Of a stretch of 60,262 nt of DNA, positions 11,401 to 20,935 are shown piece by piece (positions within the stretch are counted from its first letter, which is position 1; the number at the start of each line of letters is the position of its first letter). A program made the position numbers and the translations under genes. The stretch comes from a virus (taxonomy: Duplodnaviria; Caudoviricetes), in the IMG/VR virus record IMGVR_UViG_3300044825_002252, positions 1 through 60,262 of that record; one strand, written 5' to 3'. The notes beneath the pieces were generated by a model. It had not been told where the DNA came from. It saw nothing but the letters and a program-made list of their open reading frames with translations, and did no database searches.

Positions 11401-12460
11401 CGGAATGAAAGTGGATGGATTTGCTGCTGAACCTGGCGATCAAGATGATATTGGTGTAACTGGAACTATGAGTGTTGATTCTTACACTCAATATAATCAA
11501 AATGGAATTGGAGTGTCAATTACTAATGGAGCTTATGCTCAGTTGGTATCTATTTTCACTATTTGCGATGATATTGCAATTTATACTGGCTCTGGTGGTC
11601 AATGCGATTTAACTAATTCCAATGCCTCATTTGGTAATTATGGTTTGTACTCAAATGGAGTTGGAGATCAAAATTCCAAGTCAATCTATCGTTACACCGG
11701 CAAAGTAACCCAAGAAGCTCCAATTGAAACAGATACAATTACTGTGTCTGGCGTTGGTACAAATCGTCCATATGATGGACAAGCATTATATTTTGGTCAA
11801 TTGTATAATACAGTTCAAACAATAATAGTAGACAATCCAGGATTAGGATATTTACCTGGATTGCCACCAAGAGTAATTATTGATCTACCGGAGGGTCCAA
11901 ATGGTATTCGTGCTGAAGCTTCCGCAAATGTTGATGTTTTTGGTAGAGTTACATCGATTGATGTAATTAGCAATGGAAGTCAATATGTTGGTATACCAAC
12001 AGTTTCAATTGATCCCCCACCAGGAGCTGGAATTCAAGCAGTTGCGAGAGCTACGTTATATCCGACTTATTATAATATAGCTTCAGCAACAGACCCTGTA
12101 AATGGAGTCTCTACTATAGTGTTGACTCAGACTCTAAATAATACAGTTGGGGCTGGTACTACAGTATATTTTAATAGATTAAGTCTACAAATTGCTACTA
12201 CCATTTCGTTTGAATGGGTGGGAGCAGGGACAAATATCAACACTGCAAAGCCTGCATTAGGTGGAATTACAAATCCAGATAATGAAGTTGTTAAATTAAA
12301 TGGTGGACAAGTGGTATATACTAGTACAAATCAGGCAGGTAACTTTAAAATTGGTGATGATATTACAGTTAATCAATTAACTGGTACAATTACTGGAAGG
12401 TCTTTCGATCAAAGTTTGTTAAATACAATAACACCTTTAATCATTGCATTAGGTAAGTAA
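8483..12460 (+). CDS. Large tail fibre/spike protein with pectin-lyase-like (beta-helix) segments and repeated beta-sandwich inserts
   Basis: TIFVTQNGNDNNTG..DAKKTIKAA..GDTIKVYPGVYVEENP start; GPYIRNCTNF/DSYTQYNQNGIG segment; repeated 'A.Y...TG.TTI...GL.F.CPSG...YP.G..GY.F...STLPHTY..GG' units. Confidence 0.7.
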   Translation: MSDKSFGARKIHLIGGEEVPNITSQNDLDINAVNVAISTNLGVGSSVTAQTYYGDGVNLVGIVTNLVPGIGIDLFPSQTPGNKGQVKVQAYRPLGKTIFVTQNGNDNNTGLTESDAKKTIKAAATVAVFGDTIKVYPGVYVEENPIVLKKTVSVEGTELRNCVVTPKYPYLDLFHVNNGCHITDMSFIGPNMTDGAAVVALQPLQGVSVDRYFDAARMLRLNLDYIARESVGFLTSGFSGFAGNHREQDAARLIDKNLNYISAEAVGFLTSPTGYNFSLSSGDYTNCREDVVSIMGAVSYDLKANSNRKSVGAALSYFNSSGGLIHITGIATQQATIAALDYAVGIAKSVIDNVSPPISYQSGIGSIAQVKDLSVIAVAGGCVGVGTTIAQLVGIVTQAIGAASTSGLPSIRFGVTLESKDCSDDVKDIWKCVIHDITRGGNSRSVDAGKSYYDSNWNLIPQILKNPNEVNQTVATLDYSFGIARSVINNSTWGGYPVGLGTTVTNAVYDNITGVTSITALNHGLSLDDAVKIVGLGFTCPSGPGIVTYPSGSLGYIFNVLRVVDSNNFEVIVGQSTLPHTYVSGGNVQKYTNYQNQISQVKDLGMQKDPLTGFNNGVNGCANVVSAMRSCVGIVTNIVGYGSTAFTSVGIRTTYPGNSGIGFTSILGITSAVYDEVSGKLTVISPGIKAIKGESVEIRNLAFSCSSGGSGISTQSFPSGRYGYDFFIDKVNSNGSFEVYVGASTLPHTYAGGGFVLDRTVAITTATYNHVTGITTIKANGLSIETGDLVKIRGLQFSCPSGSGTTTIYPTGNNGYEFRVLDIVVDKPFNVTNAVYSNITGIATITAPGIAVTYNDLVELRNLEFSCPSSPPNLLYPTGNNGYEFRVLSSIGSTFTVDVGKSTIPHTYVPSTGTVINRTKTANDTFTINVGPSTIPHTYVSGGIAIPEFSRGVGPITQGPYIRNCTNFIGDSIGMKVDGFAAEPGDQDDIGVTGTMSVDSYTQYNQNGIGVSITNGAYAQLVSIFTICDDIAIYTGSGGQCDLTNSNASFGNYGLYSNGVGDQNSKSIYRYTGKVTQEAPIETDTITVSGVGTNRPYDGQALYFGQLYNTVQTIIVDNPGLGYLPGLPPRVIIDLPEGPNGIRAEASANVDVFGRVTSIDVISNGSQYVGIPTVSIDPPPGAGIQAVARATLYPTYYNIASATDPVNGVSTIVLTQTLNNTVGAGTTVYFNRLSLQIATTISFEWVGAGTNINTAKPALGGITNPDNEVVKLNGGQVVYTSTNQAGNFKIGDDITVNQLTGTITGRSFDQSLLNTITPLIIALGK

Positions 12461-12462
12461 AA

Positions 12463-12831
12463 ATGGCAGCAATTGCACTCAATAAATTTAGAACAATTAG
12501 GGTCGGTGTTACAACCAATATGGTTGGAATATACACTTGCCCTATTGGTGTGGCATCTATTGTTATCTTATCTCAGGTAACAAATGTCTCCACTGCAGGA
12601 ACAACTTATAACGTAACTGCTATACATTCTCGTGATTTAGCAATTCAGCCAACTGAGATTAAAGCTGATTATAAATTTGCAAATCAAGTTGACATCCCAG
12701 CAAATGACAGTGTTTCTTTGATACCAGATGGTAGACTTGCATTAGAAACATATGATGTAATTAAAATTCAAGGTAATGAAAATGGTGTTCTTGAATTAAT
12801 TCTAAGTGTCCTCGAAACTGCTAAGAAATAA
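12463..12831 (+). CDS. Small fibre-associated (adaptor/trimerisation-like) protein, paralogue of 33569..33910
   Basis: MAAIALNKFRT..IYTCPIG..IVILSQVTNVS..IPANDSVSL..GRLALE..LSVLET aligns by eye with MALALNVFQT..IYTAPVG..ILLAQVANIS..ISANDTANL..GKLVLE..SILET. Confidence 0.65.
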   Translation: MAAIALNKFRTIRVGVTTNMVGIYTCPIGVASIVILSQVTNVSTAGTTYNVTAIHSRDLAIQPTEIKADYKFANQVDIPANDSVSLIPDGRLALETYDVIKIQGNENGVLELILSVLETAKK

Positions 12832-12837
12832 AAGTAA

Positions 12838-15800
12838 ATGACTAAGTATACTTCAGGAAGAGTAAAGAGATTCCCACAATCGGGAATCACTTCAGATCGA
12901 TACCAATTTTTAGGCTTAGAGCAAGCTGAACCTGATCTTGGCGATCCTATTGTTGGTGTTTCTTCTATCGGGGTAAATCCAGCACCTTATGGTGACCAAT
13001 ATGTTTTAACCAGTATTGCTGGACAAACAGGAAAAAGATATTGGATAAAAGCAATAGATCTCAATACTGATGGTATACAAGGTACGCAAGGTTCACAAGG
13101 AACACAAGGACTACAAGGTACTCAAGGTATCGGAAGTCCTATAGTTGAAATTTTAGGGACAGTTCCAGTATTTACTGATTTACCTGGATACGAGACTCCA
13201 CCAACTCCACAGACTTATACTGGAGCAGCTGGTGATGCTTACATTGAAGAAGCCACTAATAATTTGTGGATATGGGATAGCACTAAATGGGTTAACGTAG
13301 GGCAAATTCGTGGACCCCAGGGAGCTCAAGGATCTCAAGGATTTCAGGGTACACAAGGTCCACAGGGACCACAGGGTCCACAGGGATTACAAGGAACTCA
13401 AGGTCCACAGGGTTTACAGGGAATACAAGGATCACAAGGTCCACAGGGTTCACAGGGATTACAGGGACCACAAGGACTTCAGGGACAAGCTGGAACTGCA
13501 CAGGGAGCTCAAGGTTCTCAAGGAACACAAGGTCTTCAAGGTCCACAAGGAATTCAAGGAACACAAGGAATTCAAGGACTTCAAGGAAGACAAGGATCAC
13601 AAGGTCTTCAAGGTCCACAAGGAATTCAAGGAACACAAGGAATTCAAGGAAGTCAAGGTTTACAAGGTCCACAGGGAGCACAAGGTTTACAAGGTATACA
13701 GGGTACTGCTGGTAACGTACAAGGAGCTCAAGGTACACAAGGTAGCCAAGGAACACAAGGTCTTCAAGGACCACAGGGAATTCAAGGATCACAGGGAATT
13801 CAAGGTGCTCAAGGACTTCAAGGAAGACAAGGATCACAAGGTATCCAAGGATCACAAGGTCTCCAAGGAGCTCAAGGTCTTCAAGGACCACAGGGACTTC
13901 AAGGAACTCAGGGCATTCAAGGTAGCCAAGGTCCACAAGGAACGCAAGGTTTACAAGGCTTACAGGGTCTCCAAGGTATTCAAGGACAAGCTGGATCAGT
14001 TCAAGGTGCACAAGGTTCTCAGGGCACACAAGGAGCTCAAGGTGCTCAAGGACTTCAAGGTATACAAGGAAGTCAAGGTTTACAAGGTTCACAGGGCACA
14101 CAAGGAGCTCAAGGTATTCAAGGAGTACAGGGCCAAGAAGGAATTCAAGGACCAAAAGGAGAACCAGGATCAAATAATAATGGATTTAATGTAGTAAATG
14201 AAACTCTGTCCAACTCAAGTTGGTATGTTGGATTATTATCCACATCATCTGGCGTTTCAACAGATGTATACGTATCTGATTCAAAATTAACTTTTAATCC
14301 ATCATCAGGCAATCTTGGCATTGGAACCACAAATCCAACATCATCATTACAAATCAATAATACTAAAGGAACTGTTAGTGTTGGAGTTGTAACATCACGT
14401 ATTTCCTCTGACAATGGCATATTATTTGCTGGTATTGGAACCATAGCTCCTGGTATAGGAAGTGAAACTTTAACTTCTGGAGTTTTTACTGAAGTAAATG
14501 GACTACTTTTAAATAGTGGAATTAATTTATCTCAACTAATTAATCCAAGAGATACTACCAGAGTCGGTGGTATTATTAGATTGGATTCGAGAACTCTCAA
14601 TGAATCTTTTGGTGGTATAGGTGATTATAAATGTTTCGTTGTTAAATATGCTCCTGTCGGAGTTGCAACAAATAATGACCAAGGAATAAAAGATGGTCTT
14701 GTCATAAGTTTAGAAAATGGACAAACATATCTTGTACCTGATGAAGGAAATGTTCTAGTTGGACTTAAAAATGATACAGGAACAGCAAACCAAAAACTTC
14801 AAGTAGATGGTGGTGCTTATGTAAGTGGTAATCTTGGAGTTGGTGTTACTAGTCCAGAGGCAAAACTGCATGTAGCAAGTTTTACTGGAACAACAAATAG
14901 ATTATTAATCAGTCAACAAAAAACTTATGGAACTGGTACAGGAACCACAGAGAGAGTTGGTATTGACTTTGCAATAAGTGAAACTTATATTTCTCCAGTA
15001 ACAGATAGAATTTTTGCCAGAATAGACGCTGGACCAGAAAGTGAAACCGACTCTGGACAATCATTTTTATCTCTCTCTACTAGAGATGGTGGTGTAGTAG
15101 AAGAAAAAGTTCGTATAACTTCATCTGGAAATGTTGGCATTGGAACCACAAATCCATCACAAAAACTACAGGTAGGAAGTGGATCTTCTACATTCGTTGT
15201 TACTGGTGTCGGTAGTGTTGGTATTGGAACCACAAATCCTATTGTCTCATTAGATGTTGTCGGCGACACAAGAATTTCAGGAGTATCTACATTTAATGGA
15301 TCAATAAAATTAAATTCAACTTTAAAAGATTTATATGATAGTGTTGGTAGTTCTGGATCCATTTTAATTTCCACAGGTGCTGGAGTTAGTTGGACTAATC
15401 CATTTGCTGCAGGATTGCAGGGACTTCAAGGAACTCAAGGTAGTGAAGGTCTCCAAGGAGCTCAAGGTACTCAAGGTCTCCAAGGAGCTCAAGGAACTCA
15501 AGGTCTCCAAGGAACTCAAGGTAGTGAAGGTCTCCAAGGAGCTCAAGGTACTCAAGGAACTCAAGGTCTGCAAGGAACTCAAGGTAGTGAAGGTCTCCAA
15601 GGAACTCAAGGTCTGCAAGGAACTCAAGGTAGTGAAGGTCTCCAAGGAACTCAAGGTACTGAAGGTCTACAAGGAGCTCAAGGTCTCCAAGGAACTCAAG
15701 GTAGTGAAGGTCTCCAAGGAGCTCAAGGTACTCAAGGTGCCAGTGATGGTGGAATCGCCATTCTTGATGACACATCGACAAATTCAAATTGGTATGTTGG

Positions 15801-17814
15801 ATTCGTATCTATAACATCTGGTATAGCAAAAACAGCTCATGTTTCTTCTGGAAAATTAACTTTCAATCCATCATCAGGTAATCTTGGTATTGGAACCACA
15901 AATCCAACATCAAAACTTTATGTTGTTGGTGATGGATACTTCACTGGTGTAGTAACAGCAACTACTTTCTATGGTGATGGTTCACAATTAACAAATCTTG
16001 CTACTCCCGGAACACTTATTTCAATTTCTACTAACACATCAAACCAAGCACAATTCTTAACTTATGCAGTAGGTGTTGGATCAACTGCTGGACTTGGTGT
16101 AACAACTACAGGTTTAGTATTCAATCCATCATCAGGCAATCTTGGTATTAAAACCGACAATCCAACATCAAGACTTTGGGTTGATGGCGATGGATATTTT
16201 ACTGGTGTAGTTACGGCAACATCATTTATAGGTAGTGGTGCTTCATTAACTGGATTGATTCCAAATACCATACAAAACATAGATAATAATCAGTTATATT
16301 ATCCATTATTATCTCCAGCATTTAGTGGAACTATTTCTAGTATTTCTGCATCAAGCACTTCAATTGTTTTTAATCCAGGAACTGATTCTCTAGGAATAGG
16401 AACAACAAATCCAACACAAAAACTACATGTACAAGGTAATGCTAGAATTACTGGTGCGATTTATGATTCTACAAATTCTCCAGGAGGTTCAGGTCAAGTT
16501 CTTTTATCAACCTTAACAGGAACACAATGGAGTCCGTTTCCACCAGATGCAAATGCAAGCAAATTCAATACCAACATTGATAATTCTCTTTACGTTCAGC
16601 CAACAGGAACATTAGATATTGTTGGTGTAGGTGTAACAACAACGCAAATTACAACACTCCCATCTGGTTCTAGTAAGTACATAGTTCGTTCAATTCACGT
16701 TACAAACGTATCAAATGGTGACGCAGAAATTACCTCTGGATTCATAATGAATGCAAGAAAAGTTCCTGCTACTATTTCAGTGAGTGTTGGGTCTAGTGGT
16801 GGTGCTGGTATTCATACATTTACCGTAGGTTCTGCAAGTAGCATTAGAATTGGTATGGCAGTCACTGGTACTGGTAATATTGGAGAAACTACAGGTATTG
16901 GTTCAACTGCTGGATTCCAGTATAATACATATGTAACCAGTGTTGATGGAAACGTTATCACAATCAACAAACCAATGAGTGGTCATGCAACAGGGATTTT
17001 ACAGTTCTCACCAGTTTCAATTATTGCATCTAGACTACCAGTTCCTGTTGGTTCTGCAGTTGAACTCCTGAAAGAACCAATGATCCTAGATTCATTGGAT
17101 AGTATAGTCGTTCAATCTACTGGTGCTGGTTCTGGTATTGGATCAACATCAACTGCAGCAATTTCGCAAACTGCAAACTCTAATTTCCTAACTGTCACTG
17201 CAGGAGCTGCAATTACAAACTATATTACTCCGGGAATGTTAATCCAGTCAACTGACAATAACACTGGAATTCAAACAAATACTTTTGTTGGCGATGGATA
17301 CAGTCCAGGATCATTGTCAATTCCAATGACAAAACCAGCAAGAACATCCTTTGCTAACACTTCATATTCATTTACTGAAGTTGTTGTACCTCAAGATGGT
17401 GCATTACAAACATCTATAGTATATCAATCTATATCAGATTCGTCCTATCAAAATGGCACAGGAACTGTAGTAGGACTCGTTGCATCTGGAGCGGTTTCTG
17501 GTATTACTGCAACAGCACCAGTATGTTATTATGGAACTGGAAGTACATATCCAGCAGTAGTACAATCAATTAGAGTCACTAACATTTCCGATGAATACAT
17601 TTATCCAGGAGGAGATTATCCAGTTTGGGTTGGTATTGGTAATAGTGATACGGTATTCTCTTGGTTGGCATATAATATGGTAATTCCAAGAAACTCTTCA
17701 ATTGAACTTTGCGAGTCTCCAAAGAGATTGGGAATCGGTCAATCAATCTTTGCTTATGCATATGCACCAAATACAATAGAAATTCAAATCTCAGCAAAAC
17801 AAAAAATCACATAA
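12838..17814 (+). CDS. Collagen-like (Gly-X-Gln) long tail fibre A
   Basis: Two main GXQ blocks; repeated FNPSSGNLGIGTTNP fibre motifs; two C-terminal domains resembling the 122-aa adaptor. Confidence 0.8.
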   Translation: MTKYTSGRVKRFPQSGITSDRYQFLGLEQAEPDLGDPIVGVSSIGVNPAPYGDQYVLTSIAGQTGKRYWIKAIDLNTDGIQGTQGSQGTQGLQGTQGIGSPIVEILGTVPVFTDLPGYETPPTPQTYTGAAGDAYIEEATNNLWIWDSTKWVNVGQIRGPQGAQGSQGFQGTQGPQGPQGPQGLQGTQGPQGLQGIQGSQGPQGSQGLQGPQGLQGQAGTAQGAQGSQGTQGLQGPQGIQGTQGIQGLQGRQGSQGLQGPQGIQGTQGIQGSQGLQGPQGAQGLQGIQGTAGNVQGAQGTQGSQGTQGLQGPQGIQGSQGIQGAQGLQGRQGSQGIQGSQGLQGAQGLQGPQGLQGTQGIQGSQGPQGTQGLQGLQGLQGIQGQAGSVQGAQGSQGTQGAQGAQGLQGIQGSQGLQGSQGTQGAQGIQGVQGQEGIQGPKGEPGSNNNGFNVVNETLSNSSWYVGLLSTSSGVSTDVYVSDSKLTFNPSSGNLGIGTTNPTSSLQINNTKGTVSVGVVTSRISSDNGILFAGIGTIAPGIGSETLTSGVFTEVNGLLLNSGINLSQLINPRDTTRVGGIIRLDSRTLNESFGGIGDYKCFVVKYAPVGVATNNDQGIKDGLVISLENGQTYLVPDEGNVLVGLKNDTGTANQKLQVDGGAYVSGNLGVGVTSPEAKLHVASFTGTTNRLLISQQKTYGTGTGTTERVGIDFAISETYISPVTDRIFARIDAGPESETDSGQSFLSLSTRDGGVVEEKVRITSSGNVGIGTTNPSQKLQVGSGSSTFVVTGVGSVGIGTTNPIVSLDVVGDTRISGVSTFNGSIKLNSTLKDLYDSVGSSGSILISTGAGVSWTNPFAAGLQGLQGTQGSEGLQGAQGTQGLQGAQGTQGLQGTQGSEGLQGAQGTQGTQGLQGTQGSEGLQGTQGLQGTQGSEGLQGTQGTEGLQGAQGLQGTQGSEGLQGAQGTQGASDGGIAILDDTSTNSNWYVGFVSITSGIAKTAHVSSGKLTFNPSSGNLGIGTTNPTSKLYVVGDGYFTGVVTATTFYGDGSQLTNLATPGTLISISTNTSNQAQFLTYAVGVGSTAGLGVTTTGLVFNPSSGNLGIKTDNPTSRLWVDGDGYFTGVVTATSFIGSGASLTGLIPNTIQNIDNNQLYYPLLSPAFSGTISSISASSTSIVFNPGTDSLGIGTTNPTQKLHVQGNARITGAIYDSTNSPGGSGQVLLSTLTGTQWSPFPPDANASKFNTNIDNSLYVQPTGTLDIVGVGVTTTQITTLPSGSSKYIVRSIHVTNVSNGDAEITSGFIMNARKVPATISVSVGSSGGAGIHTFTVGSASSIRIGMAVTGTGNIGETTGIGSTAGFQYNTYVTSVDGNVITINKPMSGHATGILQFSPVSIIASRLPVPVGSAVELLKEPMILDSLDSIVVQSTGAGSGIGSTSTAAISQTANSNFLTVTAGAAITNYITPGMLIQSTDNNTGIQTNTFVGDGYSPGSLSIPMTKPARTSFANTSYSFTEVVVPQDGALQTSIVYQSISDSSYQNGTGTVVGLVASGAVSGITATAPVCYYGTGSTYPAVVQSIRVTNISDEYIYPGGDYPVWVGIGNSDTVFSWLAYNMVIPRNSSIELCESPKRLGIGQSIFAYAYAPNTIEIQISAKQKIT
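13312..14169 (+). repeat. Collagen-like 9-bp-period repeat (GXQ)n, block 1 of fibre A
   Basis: (ggN NNN caa/cag)n, with short QAG/TAG interruptions. Confidence 0.9.
15412..15738 (+). repeat. Collagen-like repeat block 2 of fibre A (GTQ/GSE/GLQ/GAQ)
   Basis: Near-perfect recurring units ggaactcaaggtagtgaaggtctccaa. Confidence 0.9.
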
Positions 17815-17817
17815 TTT

Positions 17818-18471
17818 ATGAGTATTCTTATATCATTACCTTGTTATGGTGGATTGGTGAATGAAAAAACCACAACATCATTGTTTAATCTTGGTAAACT
17901 TTTAGTTCGCAATAATATAGAACACGGCATAATGACCGTCGCAAATGAGTCATTGATTACTCACGGACGGTCAAGAATTGCAAACTTCTTTATGAATAAT
18001 ACTGAGTTTGAGTATTTGTTCTGTTTGGATGCTGATGTTGCATTTTCATCAGAAGATGTATTAAAGTTATATTCATATCAAAAACCAATTGTGTCTGCAT
18101 CATATCCAATGAAAACAATACCAATTAGACACTGTTATGAGGTTTGTAATCCTGTAAAGTTATGTGGAAATCTAGTCAAGATTGGTGGAATTGGTATGGG
18201 ATTTGTATTAATTCACCGAAATGTCTTTCTGGAACTAAATAAGTATTATAGTGAATTGAAATATTTTCCTGGATTGAATAATTCAAACTATCCAATCACC
18301 GAAAAAGAATATCACAATTCTTATCACTACTTTGCAGAAATGAATAAGGAAGGAAAATACTTAGGAGAAGATATGAGTTTCTTTCATCGCGTCAGTGATA
18401 TTGGTTATGATGTTTGGATGGATACAACTATAGAATTACAACACATCGGTTCTCACGTATTCGGTAAGTAA
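17818..18471 (+). CDS. GT-A fold glycosyltransferase-like protein
   Basis: ESLITHGRSRIA, YLFCLDADVAF (DxD), GMGFVLIHR, YLGEDMSFF, LQHIG. Confidence 0.7.
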   Translation: MSILISLPCYGGLVNEKTTTSLFNLGKLLVRNNIEHGIMTVANESLITHGRSRIANFFMNNTEFEYLFCLDADVAFSSEDVLKLYSYQKPIVSASYPMKTIPIRHCYEVCNPVKLCGNLVKIGGIGMGFVLIHRNVFLELNKYYSELKYFPGLNNSNYPITEKEYHNSYHYFAEMNKEGKYLGEDMSFFHRVSDIGYDVWMDTTIELQHIGSHVFGK

Positions 18472-18472
18472 A

Positions 18473-20299
18473 ATGGCAATTGGAGTATTTGGTTTACAAG
18501 TTGCTTATAAACTGAAGAGAGCTGAATTACTGAGTACTGATGATACTCACGGTTGGATCGGCGGTGGATCCACTCCTGGACCAGTATCATTATCAACGGT
18601 AGATCGTATAGATTTTTCAAATGATTTGATAACAGCATCAGTAAGAAGTCCTTTAAATTCAGAAAGATTTAGATTAGCAGCAACAGGAAACTCTAATTAT
18701 GGTTGGTTTAGTGGTGGAACATTTGGAACGGCGTCATCATTAGATCGTATAGATTTTTCTAATGATTTTTCAAATGCTTCTCCAAGAGGACCATTGAGTT
18801 CAGGAAGATATACTTTAGCAGCAACAGGAAACTCTAACTATGGTTGGTTTGGTGGTGGGATAATACCATCACCATCTAAACCACAATCATCGACAGTTGA
18901 TCGTGTTGATTATGCTAATGATTCCTCCATTTCGTCACCAAGAGGACCATTAACTTTAGCAAGAGGGTTTATTGCAGCAACAGGAAACTCTAATTATGGT
19001 TGGTTTGGTGGTGGTTCTGGACCAGGACCTAGCGTATCTTCACCACCAGTATCAACAGTAGATCGGGTTGATTTTTCTAATGATTTTGTATCAGCATCAC
19101 CAAGGAGTTTATTGACTTTATCAAGATATGCACTAGCCGCAACAGGGAACTCTAACTATGGTTGGTTTGGTGGTGGAACTGAGATTGGAACCACAACAAG
19201 AGTCGATCGAGTTGATTTTTCTAATGACTCTTTGTGTTTAGTTAGAGGAAATATTGTTACTAGATCTTTCTATGCAGCGACAGGAAATTCTAATTATGGA
19301 TGGTGGACTGGTGGAAGTCCAACAACTTCTCTTGTATATAGAATTGATTTTTCTAATGATTTGGCATCAGCATCATCTAGAGGATTTACAAGCGCAACAA
19401 AAGGATCTTCATCTGCTGCATCAGGTCAAGCAAAGAATAATTCAATAAAACCACAAAAGACAGGAAGTTACGGATGGTGGGGTGGTGGTAATCCTAATAT
19501 ATCAACCGTAGTGCGTACCGATTTTTCCAATGATTTAGCATCATCATCACAAAGAGGACCATTAAGTACAGGAAGAGCTTTCCTTGCAGCAACAGCAAAT
19601 GCAAATTATGGTTGGTTTAGTGGCGCTGGTGGTGGAGCAATGGATCGCATAGATTTTTCTAGTGATCTTACAAGAGCAATACCAAGAGGAAGTGGACCAA
19701 GTTTAACAAGAATGGCTGCAGTATCAAATTCTAGTTATGGTTGGTTTGGTGGTGGATATAATCCTACTTCTTCAAGTGTAACAAGAATTAATTTTTCAAA
19801 TGATTTAAGTACAAGATCACCTAGAGGAAATTTATTTCAACAAAGACATTATTTAGCAGCGACAGGAAATTCTAACTATGGATGGTTTGCTGGCGGAAGA
19901 AATCCTTCACCAATTACATTTACTGTTGAAACAGTAGATCGTATAGATTATACTAATGATTTAGCAACGGCATTACAAAGAGGACCATTAAACTCAGCGA
20001 GATCTTTACATGCAGCAGTAGGAAATTCTAATTATGGATGGTTTTCTGGTGGAGATTCTGGAGGAGTTACATATGAAAGAATTAACTTCTCAAATGATTC
20101 AATCAATTCTTTAACTAGAATTCCAAATTCACCTAGTCTCGTTGCGCTTGGAACTGGAAATAATAATTATGGATGGTTTGATCATTATGACGGTATCGCA
20201 TATAGATTGGATTTTTCCAATGATACATCTTTAAGACGAAGAGGACCATTAGCAGCAGGGGAATATGGAGCAGCAACCTCCAACACACCAGTAGGATAA
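18473..20299 (+). CDS. Kelch-like repeat protein K1 (12 repeats, probably two 6-bladed propellers)
   Basis: 12 copies of the ~50-aa unit LAATGNSNYGWFGGG..STVDRIDFSND..SPRGPL, with a linker after repeat 6. Confidence 0.75.
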   Translation: MAIGVFGLQVAYKLKRAELLSTDDTHGWIGGGSTPGPVSLSTVDRIDFSNDLITASVRSPLNSERFRLAATGNSNYGWFSGGTFGTASSLDRIDFSNDFSNASPRGPLSSGRYTLAATGNSNYGWFGGGIIPSPSKPQSSTVDRVDYANDSSISSPRGPLTLARGFIAATGNSNYGWFGGGSGPGPSVSSPPVSTVDRVDFSNDFVSASPRSLLTLSRYALAATGNSNYGWFGGGTEIGTTTRVDRVDFSNDSLCLVRGNIVTRSFYAATGNSNYGWWTGGSPTTSLVYRIDFSNDLASASSRGFTSATKGSSSAASGQAKNNSIKPQKTGSYGWWGGGNPNISTVVRTDFSNDLASSSQRGPLSTGRAFLAATANANYGWFSGAGGGAMDRIDFSSDLTRAIPRGSGPSLTRMAAVSNSSYGWFGGGYNPTSSSVTRINFSNDLSTRSPRGNLFQQRHYLAATGNSNYGWFAGGRNPSPITFTVETVDRIDYTNDLATALQRGPLNSARSLHAAVGNSNYGWFSGGDSGGVTYERINFSNDSINSLTRIPNSPSLVALGTGNNNYGWFDHYDGIAYRLDFSNDTSLRRRGPLAAGEYGAATSNTPVG

Positions 20300-20302
20300 A
20301 TA
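20296..20302 (+). promoter_or_regulatory. Late promoter motif ATAAATA overlapping the K1 stop codon
   Basis: gga TAA ata. Confidence 0.55.
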
Positions 20303-20323
20303 CTCACAACTACATTATTTCAT

Positions 20324-20935
20324 ATGAATCAAAATATAATTATTGTTGATAATTTCTATGAGAATCCATATGAAGTTCGTCAATATGCACTAAACCTGGA
20401 ATATCCACAACCACAAGAAGGTTATACATATCCAGGTAGAAATTCAAAAGGAACTTTTTATAATCAAGAGATTCATAATAAGTTTGAGAATCTTCTTGGA
20501 AGACCACTAATTCCAGCACAAGAAGGTAATCACGGAGACTTTAGATTATCATTAGAGAAAGATACATTTCAACAAGATATTCACATTGATCCTATTTGGG
20601 ATTGGGGGTGTGTTCTCTATATGAACCTTCCTAACCAATGTATTGATGAAGCAGGAACATCTTTCTGGAAACATAAAAAACTAGGATGGGAAAGATGTCC
20701 CGAACAACACGAAGCAGGTTGGTTTGGGTATAATTCTTATGAGGAAATTCGTGATGGTATTGTATACGGTGATGGACTTGACCGTTCTAAATGGGATAGA
20801 TACTGTTTAGCAAATATGAAATATAACAGGGCTGTTATATTCAATCCAAAACTTTGGCACTCACACGGAGAAAATTTTGGAGATTGTTTAGAAAACGGTA
20901 GATTAGTTCAGTTGTTCTTCTTTAATAATGCATAA
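20324..20935 (+). CDS. 2OG-Fe(II) oxygenase (DUF6445-like)
   Basis: IIVDNFYENP..YPG.., HxD (HID), VLY.N, GTSFW, YNRAVIF, distal His (WHSH), RLVQLFFF. Confidence 0.75.
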   Translation: MNQNIIIVDNFYENPYEVRQYALNLEYPQPQEGYTYPGRNSKGTFYNQEIHNKFENLLGRPLIPAQEGNHGDFRLSLEKDTFQQDIHIDPIWDWGCVLYMNLPNQCIDEAGTSFWKHKKLGWERCPEQHEAGWFGYNSYEEIRDGIVYGDGLDRSKWDRYCLANMKYNRAVIFNPKLWHSHGENFGDCLENGRLVQLFFFNNA

